Below are positions 43,720 to 44,072 of a stretch of 44,072 nucleotides of DNA, piece after piece. Where the stretch lies: IMG/VR virus record IMGVR_UViG_3300045988_043987; one strand, given 5' to 3'. The notes below the pieces were generated by a model. It saw only the letters and a list, made by a program, of their open reading frames with translations. It was not told the DNA's origin and did not search any database. The DNA comes from a virus (lineage: Duplodnaviria; Heunggongvirae; Uroviricota; Caudoviricetes). A program made the translations under genes and the position numbers. How positions within the stretch are numbered: the stretch's first letter is position 1; every line of letters starts with the position of its first letter.

Positions 43720-43933
43720 TGGACGAATACGAAGGTGTTTAGTATTCTGGTTAGGCCAAGTTTTTCGTATTTGCTAATGGAGGCCGATATGGCACTGCAA
43801 GAGTTCACCAACCCTGTTAAATCGCGCGACGATATTGACGAGTCTGTCGGTTACGGCGAAGGTTGACACCTAAGACTAATCCGACGATACTTAAATCACC
43901 TCCTGTTCCATCCCTCTACTCTCCAGTTTTATC

Positions 43934-43962
43934 CCGGCCCTGACCTAGCCGGGATTTTTTTT
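43934..43962 (+). terminator. intrinsic terminator
   Basis: CCCGGC-N9-GCCGGG followed by T8. Confidence 0.7.
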
Positions 43963-44072
43963 ATCTATTTTCTATAATGACTAGTTGACTATTATCTACG
44001 ACCCTACTATATTTACTCCATCGACAACGAGAACGGAGTAGAGAGAAATGATGACTAAGATTAAGCATACCG
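43954..44072. repeat. terminal direct repeat, right copy (identical to 1-119)
   Basis: exact 119-bp repetition of the window start. Confidence 0.9.

Noticed and set aside
1-44072. Search for tRNA genes, an integrase/attachment site and a phage RNA polymerase
   Set aside because: No cloverleaf-like sequence, tyrosine/serine recombinase motifs or single-subunit RNA polymerase were seen by eye; tRNAscan-SE and a domain search would be needed to confirm absence.

Overview
The window is a complete, compact genome of a tailed dsDNA phage of a Gram-negative (probably enterobacterial) host. The first 119 bp recur exactly at the window end, giving a unit length of about 43,953 bp. No integrase or lysogeny module is visible, so it is probably virulent. 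Layout: (i) a rightward cluster of small early genes (38950 through the end and on to 1702) that includes an HslV-like peptidase and holin/endolysin; (ii) a rightward packaging and morphogenesis module (1922-26238: TerS, TerL, portal, Mu-F-like head protein, scaffold, major capsid, Ig-like decoration proteins, tail tube, chaperone with putative G-T frameshift, tape measure, tail tip, tailspike); (iii) a leftward replication module (38481 down to 26267: helix-turn-helix regulator, primase-ATPase, Cas4-like exonuclease, gp2.5-like SSB, family-A DNA polymerase, VRR-NUC, C5-methyltransferase, SF2 helicase, Toprim protein). Most notable: a truncated host-like beta sliding clamp (DnaN) homolog encoded antisense inside the late region (7032-7553); two paralogous structured ncRNA genes with identical promoters (about 7711-7910 and 38625-38836); a roughly 30-bp dyad-symmetric promoter/operator motif in at least nine intergenic sites, two of them in tandem before a Cro-like regulator; a methyltransferase gene split by a single-base homopolymer frameshift; and an antisense nucleotide-metabolism operon inside the tail module. 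All calls rest on reading the sequence and recalled family motifs; no database search was run, and coordinates of intergenic elements are approximate to a few bases.
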